Below, piece after piece: positions 38,479 through 48,004 of a stretch of 64,000 nt of DNA. The DNA is taken from positions 43,499 through 107,498 of the forward strand of contig JAGCUN010000051.1 in the NCBI GenBank assembly GCA_017962845.1, written 5' to 3'. Source of the stretch: Bacteroidales bacterium (lineage in GTDB: Bacteria; Bacteroidota; Bacteroidia; Bacteroidales; WCHB1-69). The notes beneath the pieces were generated by a model. It had not been told where the DNA came from. It saw nothing but the letters and a program-made list of their open reading frames with translations, and made no database searches. How positions within the stretch are numbered: position 1 is the stretch's first letter; each line of letters opens with the position of its first letter. Position numbers and translations under genes: made by a program.

Positions 38479-39189
38479 ATGAAAAAAGCTTTATCTTTTG
38501 TAGCTGCTTTATTCGCAGTTGTTGCATTGAATGCACAGAATGCTACCATCGTTCTCACCGCTGGTGATGTTTGGGGCGACGGTACCGGTTATCAGATCCT
38601 CATCGATGCTGACGATGCTGGTTGGACAGATTCTTATGGCCCCGCTTGCGGTAGCGCTTACACTCAGTGGGAATATATGATTCCTGCCAATGCAAGTGCA
38701 GATGACGCTGCAGTGGTTGTTGAATCCAGCCAAAGCATTCAGATTCCTGCTGGTACCTATTCCTACCTCATTCTGAATCCTGGTTGCAACGGTTATAACG
38801 CCAACTACATCGCTTCTTCCCAGTGCGATGCCACCAACGCTCAGGGCTATCAGTTCGAAGCTGGCAAGACCTACACTTTCGAACCCGTTTTGGGTGGTCC
38901 CAGCAGCGCCCAGAATGACTGCACGACCCTTACCATCACCACCACTAGCGCTATCGCTGAGAACAGCATCGCTTTCTCCATCTATCCGAACCCCGCTACC
39001 ACCGTTCTGAATGTGAACGCTGAAGGTTTCAACACCATTGAGATCGTGAACCTCCTTGGCCAGACGGTTTACACCGCTAACACCACCAGCAACATGCAGA
39101 TCAACATCAGCAACCTCAACAACGGCGTTTACTTCGTTCGCATGAACGGCGAAAACGGCACCGCTACCCAGAAATTCATCAAGAAATAA
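38479..39189 (+). CDS. Secreted protein with a DUF2436-like N-terminal domain and a T9SS type-A C-terminal sorting domain
   Basis: Signal peptide, VWGDGTGYQILIDAD, and the C-terminus YPNPATTVLNV...GVYFVRMNGENGTATQKFIKK. Confidence 0.8.
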   Translation: MKKALSFVAALFAVVALNAQNATIVLTAGDVWGDGTGYQILIDADDAGWTDSYGPACGSAYTQWEYMIPANASADDAAVVVESSQSIQIPAGTYSYLILNPGCNGYNANYIASSQCDATNAQGYQFEAGKTYTFEPVLGGPSSAQNDCTTLTITTTSAIAENSIAFSIYPNPATTVLNVNAEGFNTIEIVNLLGQTVYTANTTSNMQINISNLNNGVYFVRMNGENGTATQKFIKK

Positions 39190-39208
39190 GGATTTCTTTT
39201 AAGTTATC

Positions 39209-39239
39209 AAAAAGGGAGGTTTTAAGCCTCCCTTTTTTT
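39209..39239 (+). terminator. Intrinsic terminator after gene 38479-39189
   Basis: aaaaGGGAGG-ttttaag-CCTCCCttttttt. Confidence 0.7.
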
Positions 39240-39272
39240 ATGCAAAAATATTACGGGATTATCTCTTTTAAT

Positions 39273-39321
39273 CTTGCAAAAATGAAGTGATATAGATAAT
39301 TCCGTGATTATGGATACTATA
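39273..39321 (+). repeat. ~50-nt direct repeat flanking RAYT module B, left copy
   Basis: cttgcaaaaatgaagtgatatagataattccgtgattatggatactata. Partner at 40185-40234. Confidence 0.75.
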
Positions 39322-39337
39322 GGATTAGGGGTGATTT

Positions 39338-40078
39338 CGAAATGCTCCCAGAGGGAGCCAATCTCAATAACCCCAAATGCAATTTGGGGTGAGAAAATGG
39401 CATATCATGCATAGCATGTCGGAGACATGCGCTCTTCACAACTAACTGATTATCTGAGAAAAAGCATACGGAACGCGCTCTCAAAAATCGTCAGTCTTTG
39501 AGAAAATACTCCTCCCTAATTGCAATGCCATTTTCTATCAAAAATGCGCGATACTCTTCCTCAAAACCAACAATTTTATGGTGTTCTTTCTGATTTCGTA
39601 TATAATTCACTATCATCTCCTTATCTCGTCCATTATATGAAATAGCCGCGTATTCTCTACCCCACCCATTCCAATTAGGGAAAACGGGACACTCACGAAG
39701 CCATTTGCTTGTAAAGGTCTTTATGGCTTGAACATACTTGGCCGGAGAAAGGTCGGATGGCAATGAAACGAGCAGATGAATATGGTCTGGCATTCCTCCA
39801 ATACGGATGAGTTTGGCTTTGAGATTTTCTGTCTGTTTCATAATAATGGCGTAGAGTTCACGCTCATGTTTTGCATCGATTGTCCGTTCGCTACGATAAG
39901 TGCGAAATACGATATGGTAAATGGATTGTATATAGCTCATGACAGTATGATGGATTAGATGTTGTAGTAGCAATTATGTGATGAGAGCGCGTGCTTCCAG
40001 CACGCTTGGATTCACGAGGCATTGTGCACCCACACATTGCATGCGGGGTTACTGAGAATTGCTCCCCTCTGGGAGCAT
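39338..40078 (-). mobile_element. RAYT/IS200-like module B: Y1 transposase flanked by inverted three-hairpin ends
   Basis: The left end (39338-39430) and the reverse complement of the right end (39989-40078) align. Both have the order hairpin GCTCCC..GGGAGC, then TCA(A/G)TAACCCC, then a second hairpin, a spacer and a third hairpin. Confidence 0.7.
39491..39940 (-). CDS. HUH/Y1 transposase (IS200/IS605 TnpA-like, REP-associated RAYT type), copy B
   Basis: The HUH motif is in PDHIHLLVS. W..EYAAISY carries the catalytic Tyr region. VNYIRNQKEHH is present. Flanked by inverted three-hairpin modules. Confidence 0.8.
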   Translation of the reverse strand: MSYIQSIYHIVFRTYRSERTIDAKHERELYAIIMKQTENLKAKLIRIGGMPDHIHLLVSLPSDLSPAKYVQAIKTFTSKWLRECPVFPNWNGWGREYAAISYNGRDKEMIVNYIRNQKEHHKIVGFEEEYRAFLIENGIAIREEYFLKD

Positions 40079-40184
40079 ACGAGTGAGGACTGATAAAATC
40101 TTAGCACAGACAGCAAGTATTACAGCAAAACTATTTGCAAAAATAGTAAATAATTTGTAAAAAATCGGAATTATTTCTTTGCCT

Positions 40185-40234
40185 TTTGTAAAAATCAAAG
40201 CGATGTAGAAGATTCCGTGATTATGAATACTACA
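40185..40234 (+). repeat. ~50-nt direct repeat flanking RAYT module B, right copy
   Basis: tttgtaaaaatcaaagcgatgtagaagattccgtgattatgaatactaca. The shared perfect core is attccgtgattatg. Confidence 0.75.
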
Positions 40235-40350
40235 AATTCAAGGGGATAATTCTGTGAAAAATTCGTATATCTAATTTATATATAGTGCTTTAGTGCTAAT
40301 TTTGTTCAAAAATGAGTGTCTGTTCAACAAATATTGAACAAGCACCAAAA

Positions 40351-41502
40351 TCACCCCAACTTCGCCTTGTAGGCCGCATAGTCGGGTTGCGACAGCAGCT
40401 CAAATTCGGCGTTTTTGTGTACCACGCCGATGGCCGGATGCTGCACCCCGTTGAAGAAGGTGGTCTTCACCATGGTGTAGTGAATCATGTCGTCGAACAC
40501 AATGCGGTCGCCCACCTCCAGCGGCTCGGGGAAGGCGAAGTCGCCCATGCCGATGAAATCGCCCGCGAGGCACGAACAGCCGCCCATGCGATAGACGAAC
40601 TTGCTGGTTTCGTCGGGCTCGGTGGCCCCGAGAATCACAGGCTTGTAGGGCATCTCCAAACAGTCGGGCATGTGGCACGAGAACGACACATTCAGCATGG
40701 CGATCTTGATGCCCTTGTTCTCCACAATGTCCTCCACAGTGGAGACCAGCACGCCGGTGCGCCAGCCCACCGCCTCGCCCGGCTCCAGAATCACATCCTC
40801 CAAGTTGGGGTGCCGCTCGCGGAACGCCTTCAAAATGCTGATGAGATGCGGAATGTCGTAATTTTTCTCGGTAATGAGATGTCCGCCACCCATGTTCACC
40901 CATTTGGCCTCGTCAATCCAGTGCCCGAACTTCTCTTCAAAAGCCTTGAGGCAGTTCTCCAACGCATAACTGTTGTTTTCGCAGAGGGTGTGAAAATGCA
41001 GTCCCTCAATGCCTTCCGGAAGATGCGCTGGCATCTGTTCCGCCAAAATACCCAGTCGCGAACCCGGACGGGCGGGGTTGTACAGGTCGGTCTTCACCTC
41101 CGAGTACTCGGGGTTGACACGCAGTCCGCAGCTGATGGCTTTCGGGAACTCCTGCACCGACTGGCGGTATTTGGCCCACTGCGACAGTGAGTTGAAGGTG
41201 ATGTGGCTGCTGTAGAGCATGAGGTCGCGCCACTCGTTGTCGAGATAGACGGGCGCGTAGGTGTGCGCGTCGCAGCCCATCTCCTCCGAGATGAGGCGTG
41301 CCTCGTTGAGCGAGCTGGCGGTGGCGCCGCTGAGGTAGTGGCGCACCATCGGAAACGCCTGCCAGAAGGCGAAACCCTTGAGGGCGCAGATGATGGACAC
41401 GCCGGCGCTCTCCTGTACGAGGTTGAGCAGCTGCAGGTTGGCCTCCAACGATTCCTCGAACATGATGTAGCACGGGGATGGGTACTGATCGAAATGGGTC
41501 AT
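40351..41502 (-). CDS. nspC: Carboxynorspermidine/carboxyspermidine decarboxylase
   Basis: 383 aa with a typical N-terminus (PSPCYIMFEESLEANL). Confidence 0.85.
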   Translation of the reverse strand: MTHFDQYPSPCYIMFEESLEANLQLLNLVQESAGVSIICALKGFAFWQAFPMVRHYLSGATASSLNEARLISEEMGCDAHTYAPVYLDNEWRDLMLYSSHITFNSLSQWAKYRQSVQEFPKAISCGLRVNPEYSEVKTDLYNPARPGSRLGILAEQMPAHLPEGIEGLHFHTLCENNSYALENCLKAFEEKFGHWIDEAKWVNMGGGHLITEKNYDIPHLISILKAFRERHPNLEDVILEPGEAVGWRTGVLVSTVEDIVENKGIKIAMLNVSFSCHMPDCLEMPYKPVILGATEPDETSKFVYRMGGCSCLAGDFIGMGDFAFPEPLEVGDRIVFDDMIHYTMVKTTFFNGVQHPAIGVVHKNAEFELLSQPDYAAYKAKLG

Positions 41503-41545
41503 GGTGGTGAAATGGGGACGTTATAATTTTAAAATGTAGAGGCGG

Positions 41546-41573
41546 TGCATGCACCGCCTCTACCAAATATTTA
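41546..41573. repeat. REP family 1 variant, a perfect 28-nt palindrome between the aminotransferase gene and nspC
   Basis: gtagaggcggtgcatgcaccgcctctac is its own reverse complement. Confidence 0.75.
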
Positions 41574-41583
41574 TCATATTCAA

Positions 41584-42783
41584 TTACAGGGTGCGGCCAG
41601 GATAGACCTTCAGTGCCTCGGCGAGGCATTTCATGGCCTTTTCGAGGTCGGCGACCTTCAGGCAGTAGCTGATACGCACCTCGTTGGTGCCTTTGCCCTG
41701 GGTGGAATAGAACCCGGTGGCAGGAGCCAGCATCACGGTCTCGCCATTGAGGTTGAACTCCTCCAGCAGCCAGCGGCAGAACTTGTCGGAGTTGTCGATG
41801 GGCAGACGGGCGACGGCGTAGAAGGCGCCTTTCGGTTTCGGACACATACAGCCGGGCATCGCATTGATGGCATCAACCACGGTGTTGCGGCGGGCCACAT
41901 AGTCGTTGATGACGGCGTCGAAGTACTCCTGCGGGGTATCGACGGCGGCTTCGGTGAGCACCTGACCGTAGGTCGGCGGGCTGAGACGAGCCTGGGCAAA
42001 CTTCATAGCGGTAGCATACACCTCTTTGTTGTGGGTGATGAACGCACCAATACGGACACCGCATGCGCTGTAACGCTTTGACACAGAGTCGAGAAGCACC
42101 ACGTTCTGGGCGATTTCCGGAACCTCCATCACGGAGAAATGTTTCACGCCGTCGTAGCAGAACTCGCGATACACCTCATCGGCGAACAGAAACAGGTCGT
42201 GTTTCTTTACGATCTCGGCCAGTTTCAGGATTTCCTCTTTGGAGTAGAGATAGCCGGTGGGGTTGTTGGGGTTGCAGATCATGATAGCCTTGGTCTTCGG
42301 GGTGATGATCTTGTCGAACTCCTCGATGGACGGCAGGGCGAAGCCGTTTTCGATGGTGGACATGATGGGCTTCACGGTGACGCCGCAGGTGATGGCGAAG
42401 CCGTTGTAGTTGGCGTAGAACGGTTCGGGGATGATGACCTCGTCGCCCGGGTCGAGGCAGCTGTTGAAAGCAAACAGGATGGCCTCGGAGCCGCCGGTGG
42501 TCATGATGATCTCATCGGGGGTGAGGTTGATGTTGACGGTCTTGTAGTACTCGACCAGTTTCTCGCGGCAGGAGAGGATACCAGCGGAGTGGCTGTAGGC
42601 GATGACCTTCTGGTCGAACTCCTTCACGGCCTTGCGGGCACCTTCGGGAGTCTCGATGTCGGGCTGACCGATGTTGAGGTGGTACACGTGTACGCCTCTT
42701 TTCTTGGCTTCATCAGAGAAAGGCACTAACTTTCTGATGGGTGAGGAGGGCATGTTCTGTCCTTTGGATGAAATTTTCGGCAT
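41584..42783 (-). CDS. PLP-dependent aminotransferase class I/II (aspartate aminotransferase-like)
   Basis: 399 aa with SPIRKL, the NIGQPD N-terminal motif and SVSKRYSACG (PLP lysine). Confidence 0.85.
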   Translation of the reverse strand: MPKISSKGQNMPSSPIRKLVPFSDEAKKRGVHVYHLNIGQPDIETPEGARKAVKEFDQKVIAYSHSAGILSCREKLVEYYKTVNINLTPDEIIMTTGGSEAILFAFNSCLDPGDEVIIPEPFYANYNGFAITCGVTVKPIMSTIENGFALPSIEEFDKIITPKTKAIMICNPNNPTGYLYSKEEILKLAEIVKKHDLFLFADEVYREFCYDGVKHFSVMEVPEIAQNVVLLDSVSKRYSACGVRIGAFITHNKEVYATAMKFAQARLSPPTYGQVLTEAAVDTPQEYFDAVINDYVARRNTVVDAINAMPGCMCPKPKGAFYAVARLPIDNSDKFCRWLLEEFNLNGETVMLAPATGFYSTQGKGTNEVRISYCLKVADLEKAMKCLAEALKVYPGRTL

Positions 42784-43005
42784 AATGATAAAGGTTATTT
42801 AGTTTATAATTTATTGAATTTCAAATTTTTATAAATAATAACAAGCTTCGCGTTAAAGCACGCAAACTTACAATATTTTTTGGAAACGGTGAAGGTCAGA
42901 ATTGCGAACGCAAGTAAAGATTATTCATTATGAAAGAAGAAACCACATTAATTGGACCGACTGGAAGCGAAGCCAGATTTATGGCAGGTAGCAATCCTTC
43001 CGTTC

Positions 43006-43302
43006 TTATAGTGGGCGGGTGATGGTGAGCCCCAGTATGTTGAGTATGTTGAGGAACAGCCCTGCGCTGGGTTCCACGCTGCCGGTCTCTATGCGGGAAA
43101 TATAGGATTTCTTGGTCCCAACCTTCTCCGCCAGCTCCTGTTGCGTCATGCCCTCGCTCTTACGGGCATCGTGAATAATAGAACCCACACAATAGGCGTA
43201 TGCCTCACGGCGGAATGCCTCTCTTTGCGGCGTTCCGGGTTTTCCATACAAAGCATTTAACACCTCGTCAAAATCACCTACATTATTCGCTTTTTTCTGC
43301 AT
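43006..43302 (-). CDS. XRE-family HTH antitoxin (HigA-like)
   Basis: MTQQELAEKVGTKKSYISRIETG. Overlaps the upstream toxin gene by 20 nt. Confidence 0.75.
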   Translation of the reverse strand: MQKKANNVGDFDEVLNALYGKPGTPQREAFRREAYAYCVGSIIHDARKSEGMTQQELAEKVGTKKSYISRIETGSVEPSAGLFLNILNILGLTITRPL

Positions 43303-43615
43303 AGTATTCGTTTTTTAATATAATTGCCTTTTCAATTTCGTTCTCAGGCGTCTTTTGCGTCTTTTTCTGAAATCCGTTGAACAGCATCACAATATCCCCT
43401 TCATCGAAAATAAAAAATGCACGATAAATATTCCCATTATGCTGTGCTCGTAATTCAAAAATTCCCTCTCGAATGTGTTTGACAAAATTAGTGCCTGGCC
43501 TTTGTTGAGTTTTCAGTATATCAATGACATACGCGATTTTTCTCTGTGCTCCGACATCAAGCGAGAAGAAGAAGTCAAAAAAATAGTTTTTGTAGTAAAG
43601 TATCCTTCTTTCCAT
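43283..43615 (-). CDS. RelE/ParE-superfamily toxin (phage Gp49-like)
   Basis: Start MERRILYYKNYF, then GIFELRAQHNGNIYRAFFIFDEGDIVMLFNGFQKKTQKTP, a typical Gp49/RelE core. Confidence 0.75.
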   Translation of the reverse strand: MERRILYYKNYFFDFFFSLDVGAQRKIAYVIDILKTQQRPGTNFVKHIREGIFELRAQHNGNIYRAFFIFDEGDIVMLFNGFQKKTQKTPENEIEKAIILKNEYYAEKSE

Positions 43616-43709
43616 TATGCAAAAATACAAAAAATACCATATATGTAAACTTTTTAAAGAAAATCATTCTTTGTTCGGTGTTTTCGTGGTGTTCAACAGG
43701 AAGCCCCCC

Positions 43710-46319
43710 TCATTCCCTCCTTACCACCGCCACCGTGCGGCGGTAACTCTTCCGCTTGCCATTGGGGTTCCATAACTGGATATGAACCAGATAGATGTCG
43801 CTGTTGACCGCCCGGTGGTCGTCGGTGGTGCCGTCCCACCGATACCGGGCCTCGAAGCCTACCGGCTCGTTGGCCGCTAACTGCCGCACCCGCTGCCCCG
43901 CTCGATTGTACAAGTCGATGGTGACGCAGCTGCCGGCCTCCTCAAACCGACAGTATATCTCGGCAAAGTCGTTGTTACCATCGCCGTCAGGACTGAAAAC
44001 ATCCGGCACGACGGTGATCTCCGCGTCGGTCGCCGCCAGCTCCGAGAATTGCGAGTTGCAGTACCCCGGCGTGCCCCACCCGTAGTTCTCCGACGCCGAC
44101 GTCCAGTTGGTTTCATCCTGCGTGACAGCATCGGGGTGGAGGCGCTCCAACGCTACCCCGTCGGTGCTGCTCAACAACGGGTGGTGCATCGATGCCGTAT
44201 AGTGAAACCTGTCAATAACATGATAGCTGTCGTCCAGCAGGTGTACGGTGCCCTCGTCGTTGGCGTAGGCGGGCAGAGCAGCATTCTCCACCACCCGCGT
44301 CGGATACAGACAGGTGTACTGCTCGAGGGTGAGCTCCCTATTCTTGGCAATGGCCACGTACTGGGAGGGAAAAAGCAGGTAGCCGTCGGGGATGGCCTTC
44401 ACCACCTGCGAGGGCAGATCGCCATTGCCCGCTCCGAGCCATAAAGCGCCCACATCCAGCAATTTGTCGGAGCGGTTGTAAAGCTCCACATAGTCGGCAT
44501 CGCTGTCGCCAAAGGGGTTGGAGAGCACTTCGTTGATAATGATGTCGCCGGCGGTGGCTTCCTCGGGCAGACCGAACGGCATGGAAACATCCTCCTCGGT
44601 GAGATTGTCCACACAGTCGCACAACCCACCCCGCAGGGTGAGGGTGTACACCACCCGCTGTTGCAGTTCTTCCCCCAGCGCAAGTGTGATCTGCTGTCCG
44701 GCAGGCAGTTCCGTCTCGGCTCGCTCGATAGCCACAGGCGGATCGATGCGGAATAGGGAAGGCGACGGGAACGAGTCGGTGAGCAGCGTCTCGCTGAAGA
44801 ACAGCCGCACGTGCCACGCATCCGGCACGGTGACTTTCACCCACTCCGGCGGCGACTCGTCGGGTTGGGGAGCTGCTATCGAGTTGGCTTCGCCAGGCGT
44901 TCCGCCCCGCCCGTCGTTCGAAGAGTCCCAGTTGTCGGCGGTGCCGCACGGGTTATTCACATCCATCATCTCCAACGACCACCCGCCGTCGCGCTTCAGC
45001 ATGTTGCGGTGCCAGCTGCGGCTGTACTGCACCCGATGGATGATACGGCCTTGCCGGTCGTAGAGCACCACCTGCTGCCCGTCGTCGGTCAGACTCAGCG
45101 AGGAGACGCTCACCACGGGCACGGAGGACGGGAAGAGCGGGGCGTTGGCGGCGCCCGTCACGATGACATACCCACCCGGCGGCAACGTGCTGTCGGGCAG
45201 GGTGCGACGACTGTTGCCCATCGCCAACGTCCATCCTTTCAATGAGATAAGAAACGGCAGGGTGTTGTACAACTCCACGTATTCGCACTCGGGAAGGTGA
45301 ACGGGTGGCGACGGGTCGGCCATAATTTCGGTGATCAGAATCTCATGCCTTCGAGGAATACAATAGGTTAAATATAATGTGGTATCAATCAATATATTGT
45401 CATTATAGTCAGTGACTTGTTGAATGCCGATGGCCACCTCCTGCCGTTCCTCCAAGGCCTCCGCGAAATGGAGCCGCACGGCACGTTCCTCCTCCCCTTC
45501 CCACTCGCAAAGAACGGGATGTTGCTGCCCTGACCTATTGATATAGTGGGTGCAGTCTAACGCACTAGTGTCGGTCACCCGCTCTGAGTAACTGATAACG
45601 AGCTGGTTGGGTGCATCGATGTCGAACATCCAATAGCTGACCGAGGGCGGGGTGGTATCGATGAGGGGCTGTCCGCAGTAGAGGTCGTCGAAGTAGAACT
45701 TGGTGCGGTTGCCGGAGGTGAAGACGCAGACGGGGCCAAGATGGCCGTCGGGAGGTAACGGCGCTGAATGATGGCCTGTAGTGTCGAGGTAGTAAGTGCC
45801 GTACTGGAGGGTGTCCACCCACAGCGTCCATTCATTTTCTAAATTTCTGATAATCTTTATATTATAAAAGAAAGATTTGGCCACGCTGGTATGGCTGCGG
45901 AACACCGATACCAACGAGTCGCCCTGCTGGTAGAAGAGCTCGATGGCATCGTTGCTGCCCGCTTCCCCAAACTGAAGAAAATAGCCTGCGAGGTTGGGGG
46001 CGAAAAGGTTGGAAGTGTCGGCGACAAGATAGTAGCGGGCGTAGTTGCTGCCCGATGGCGCGAACGACATTTTCAGCGAGAGCCGCCACTCGAAATCTGT
46101 GTCGCCAAAATATACGACGGTGGCCAGATAGGCCCTGCCCGCCTCCGGTGCATTCAACTGCAACTGCTGCTGGGTGTTGACCATAAATTGGTCGGTGTCG
46201 CCTACCCAAATCGGTGAGGAAGTGAAGTCCCCATCCGAAAAATCATCATAGACCTGTGCTGAAAGGAAAAAAGTTGAAAATGATAACCCAATGAGTAATA
46301 AGAGTTTAAGCGTCTTCAT
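43710..46319 (-). CDS. Lamin-tail-domain (LTD) surface protein with a CHU_C-like C-terminal domain
   Basis: Internal ATG at 46319 opens a signal peptide. LTD motifs ILITEIMADP...CEYVELYN and IIINEVLSNP...DYVELYN. The C-terminus reads VFSPDGDGNNDF...RWDGT. Confidence 0.75.
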   Translation of the reverse strand: MKTLKLLLLIGLSFSTFFLSAQVYDDFSDGDFTSSPIWVGDTDQFMVNTQQQLQLNAPEAGRAYLATVVYFGDTDFEWRLSLKMSFAPSGSNYARYYLVADTSNLFAPNLAGYFLQFGEAGSNDAIELFYQQGDSLVSVFRSHTSVAKSFFYNIKIIRNLENEWTLWVDTLQYGTYYLDTTGHHSAPLPPDGHLGPVCVFTSGNRTKFYFDDLYCGQPLIDTTPPSVSYWMFDIDAPNQLVISYSERVTDTSALDCTHYINRSGQQHPVLCEWEGEEERAVRLHFAEALEERQEVAIGIQQVTDYNDNILIDTTLYLTYCIPRRHEILITEIMADPSPPVHLPECEYVELYNTLPFLISLKGWTLAMGNSRRTLPDSTLPPGGYVIVTGAANAPLFPSSVPVVSVSSLSLTDDGQQVVLYDRQGRIIHRVQYSRSWHRNMLKRDGGWSLEMMDVNNPCGTADNWDSSNDGRGGTPGEANSIAAPQPDESPPEWVKVTVPDAWHVRLFFSETLLTDSFPSPSLFRIDPPVAIERAETELPAGQQITLALGEELQQRVVYTLTLRGGLCDCVDNLTEEDVSMPFGLPEEATAGDIIINEVLSNPFGDSDADYVELYNRSDKLLDVGALWLGAGNGDLPSQVVKAIPDGYLLFPSQYVAIAKNRELTLEQYTCLYPTRVVENAALPAYANDEGTVHLLDDSYHVIDRFHYTASMHHPLLSSTDGVALERLHPDAVTQDETNWTSASENYGWGTPGYCNSQFSELAATDAEITVVPDVFSPDGDGNNDFAEIYCRFEEAGSCVTIDLYNRAGQRVRQLAANEPVGFEARYRWDGTTDDHRAVNSDIYLVHIQLWNPNGKRKSYRRTVAVVRRE

Positions 46320-46370
46320 ATTTTTTTTGAGTTTTGGAAGTTTTTCCGAGTTACAATTGTGCAAATTTAC

Positions 46371-46378
46371 TATTTTTG
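46371..46378 (+). promoter_or_regulatory. Candidate -7 box for asd
   Basis: TATTTTTG, 50 nt upstream of the ATG. Confidence 0.5.
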
Positions 46379-46427
46379 CAAGTGAATTTCAAGTGTTTTA
46401 AGAATTTTTAAGAAAAATTTTACAGAT

Positions 46428-47414
46428 ATGAAAATTGCATTGGTTGGAGCTACTGGATTAGTAGGAAGTGTAATGCTTAAAGTATTGGAAGAGAGAGGAT
46501 TTGGAAATTGCGAACTGATACCAGCCGCTTCGGCGCGCTCGGTGGGCAAGGAGGTGACTTTTGGCGGGCGGCAGCTGAAGGTGGTGTCGGTAGAGGATGC
46601 CATCGCGCAGCGTCCGCAGTACGCCATCTTTTCGGCCGGCAGCGCGGCATCGCTCCAATACGCCCCGCAGTTTGCGGAGGTAGGCACCACCGTCATCGAC
46701 AACTCGTCGGCCTGGCGCAGCTATGAGCACATCCCGCTCGTGGTTCCTGAAATCAACATCGACGTGGTGAGTCCCGCCGACCGTATCATCGCCAACCCCA
46801 ACTGCTCCACTATCCAGATGGTGCTGGCCCTCGCGCCACTCCACCGGAAATACCACATCCACCGCCTCGTCATCTCCACCTACCAGTCGGTGACGGGTAC
46901 CGGCGTGAAGGCCGTGCGGCAGCTCAACGAGGAGCGTGCCGGCAGGCCGTGCGAGAAGGCTTATCCCTATGAAATCGACCTTAACGTGCTGCCGCACGGC
47001 GGTACGTTCGAGCCTAACGGCTATACCACCGAGGAGACCAAACTGGTAAATGAAACCCGTAAGATTTTGGGCGACAATACGATACAAATCACTGCCACGG
47101 TGGTGCGTGTGCCCGTCTTTGGTGGCCACTCCGAAGCGGTGAATGTGGAGTTCGACCAGGACTACGACCTCGCCCAAGTGCGCCAGCTCCTCATCGACAT
47201 GCCCGGCGTGGTGGTGCTCGACAACCCCGACCGCAACGAGTACCCCATGCCCCGTTTCGCCAAAGACAAAGATGAGGTGTTTGTGGGCCGTCTCCGTCGC
47301 GACTTCTCACAACCCAACAGTCTGAATATGTGGATAGTGGCCGATAATCTCCGTAAAGGTGCCGCCACCAATGCTATTCAGATTATGCAGAAATTGATAG
47401 AGAAAAGAGGGTAG
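46428..47414 (+). CDS. asd: Aspartate-semialdehyde dehydrogenase
   Basis: 328 aa with GATGLVG and NPNCSTIQ motifs. Confidence 0.95.
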   Translation: MKIALVGATGLVGSVMLKVLEERGFGNCELIPAASARSVGKEVTFGGRQLKVVSVEDAIAQRPQYAIFSAGSAASLQYAPQFAEVGTTVIDNSSAWRSYEHIPLVVPEINIDVVSPADRIIANPNCSTIQMVLALAPLHRKYHIHRLVISTYQSVTGTGVKAVRQLNEERAGRPCEKAYPYEIDLNVLPHGGTFEPNGYTTEETKLVNETRKILGDNTIQITATVVRVPVFGGHSEAVNVEFDQDYDLAQVRQLLIDMPGVVVLDNPDRNEYPMPRFAKDKDEVFVGRLRRDFSQPNSLNMWIVADNLRKGAATNAIQIMQKLIEKRG

Positions 47415-47419
47415 AAGCC

Positions 47420-47983
47420 ATGATTACCTCACGCCAAGAATATCGTCAGTTTGTCCGCGCTGATCTGGCCGCCTACGGATTGCAGAAGGTTAGTTTTTAT
47501 AACTGGCTGCGTATCGACCAGTTGCGGTTCCAGTTGCGCCTCCGCAAGTTGGAATATCTGACGAATTGTCGGCGTTGGCGGTTGATCTCCCGTATTTTTC
47601 TGGAGGTGGTGAACCACCGTCTGGCCGTGAAGCTCGGTGTTACCATCCCTAAAAATGTGTTTGGTCCGGGCTTGTGTCTGGTGCATCGTGGCACGGTGGT
47701 GGTCAATCCGGCCGTGCGGGTGGGGGCCAACTGCCGCATCCACCCCTCCACTTCTATTGGCGATTACAATGGCACCCCCGTTCTGGGCGACAATGTGTAT
47801 GTGGGACCTGGTGCCAAGCTCTATGGCAACATCACCATCGGCAACAATGTGGCTATCGGTGCTAATGCAGTGGTTAACAGCTCGTTTCCTGACAATTGCA
47901 CGGTCGGGGGCATTCCTGCGAGGAAGCTTTCCGATACGGGTGCCCTCGAACAAGGAGTCTTCCCGGAGGGAATCATAAAATGA
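47420..47983 (+). CDS. Serine-O-acetyltransferase-like hexapeptide acyltransferase
   Basis: Hexapeptide repeats and GGIPARKL. Its N-terminal helical region is unlike CysE, so it is more like polysaccharide O-acetyltransferases. Confidence 0.65.
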   Translation: MITSRQEYRQFVRADLAAYGLQKVSFYNWLRIDQLRFQLRLRKLEYLTNCRRWRLISRIFLEVVNHRLAVKLGVTIPKNVFGPGLCLVHRGTVVVNPAVRVGANCRIHPSTSIGDYNGTPVLGDNVYVGPGAKLYGNITIGNNVAIGANAVVNSSFPDNCTVGGIPARKLSDTGALEQGVFPEGIIK

Positions 47984-48004
47984 TTATCAATCAATAGTAA
48001 AGTC

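Noticed and set aside
42930-43013. 27-codon + strand ORF (MKEETTLIGPTGSEARFMAGSNPSVLI) in the spacer before the antitoxin gene
   Set aside because: It has no promoter box or conservation signal that I can see, and its end overlaps the 3' end of the convergent HTH gene. There is too little evidence to call it.
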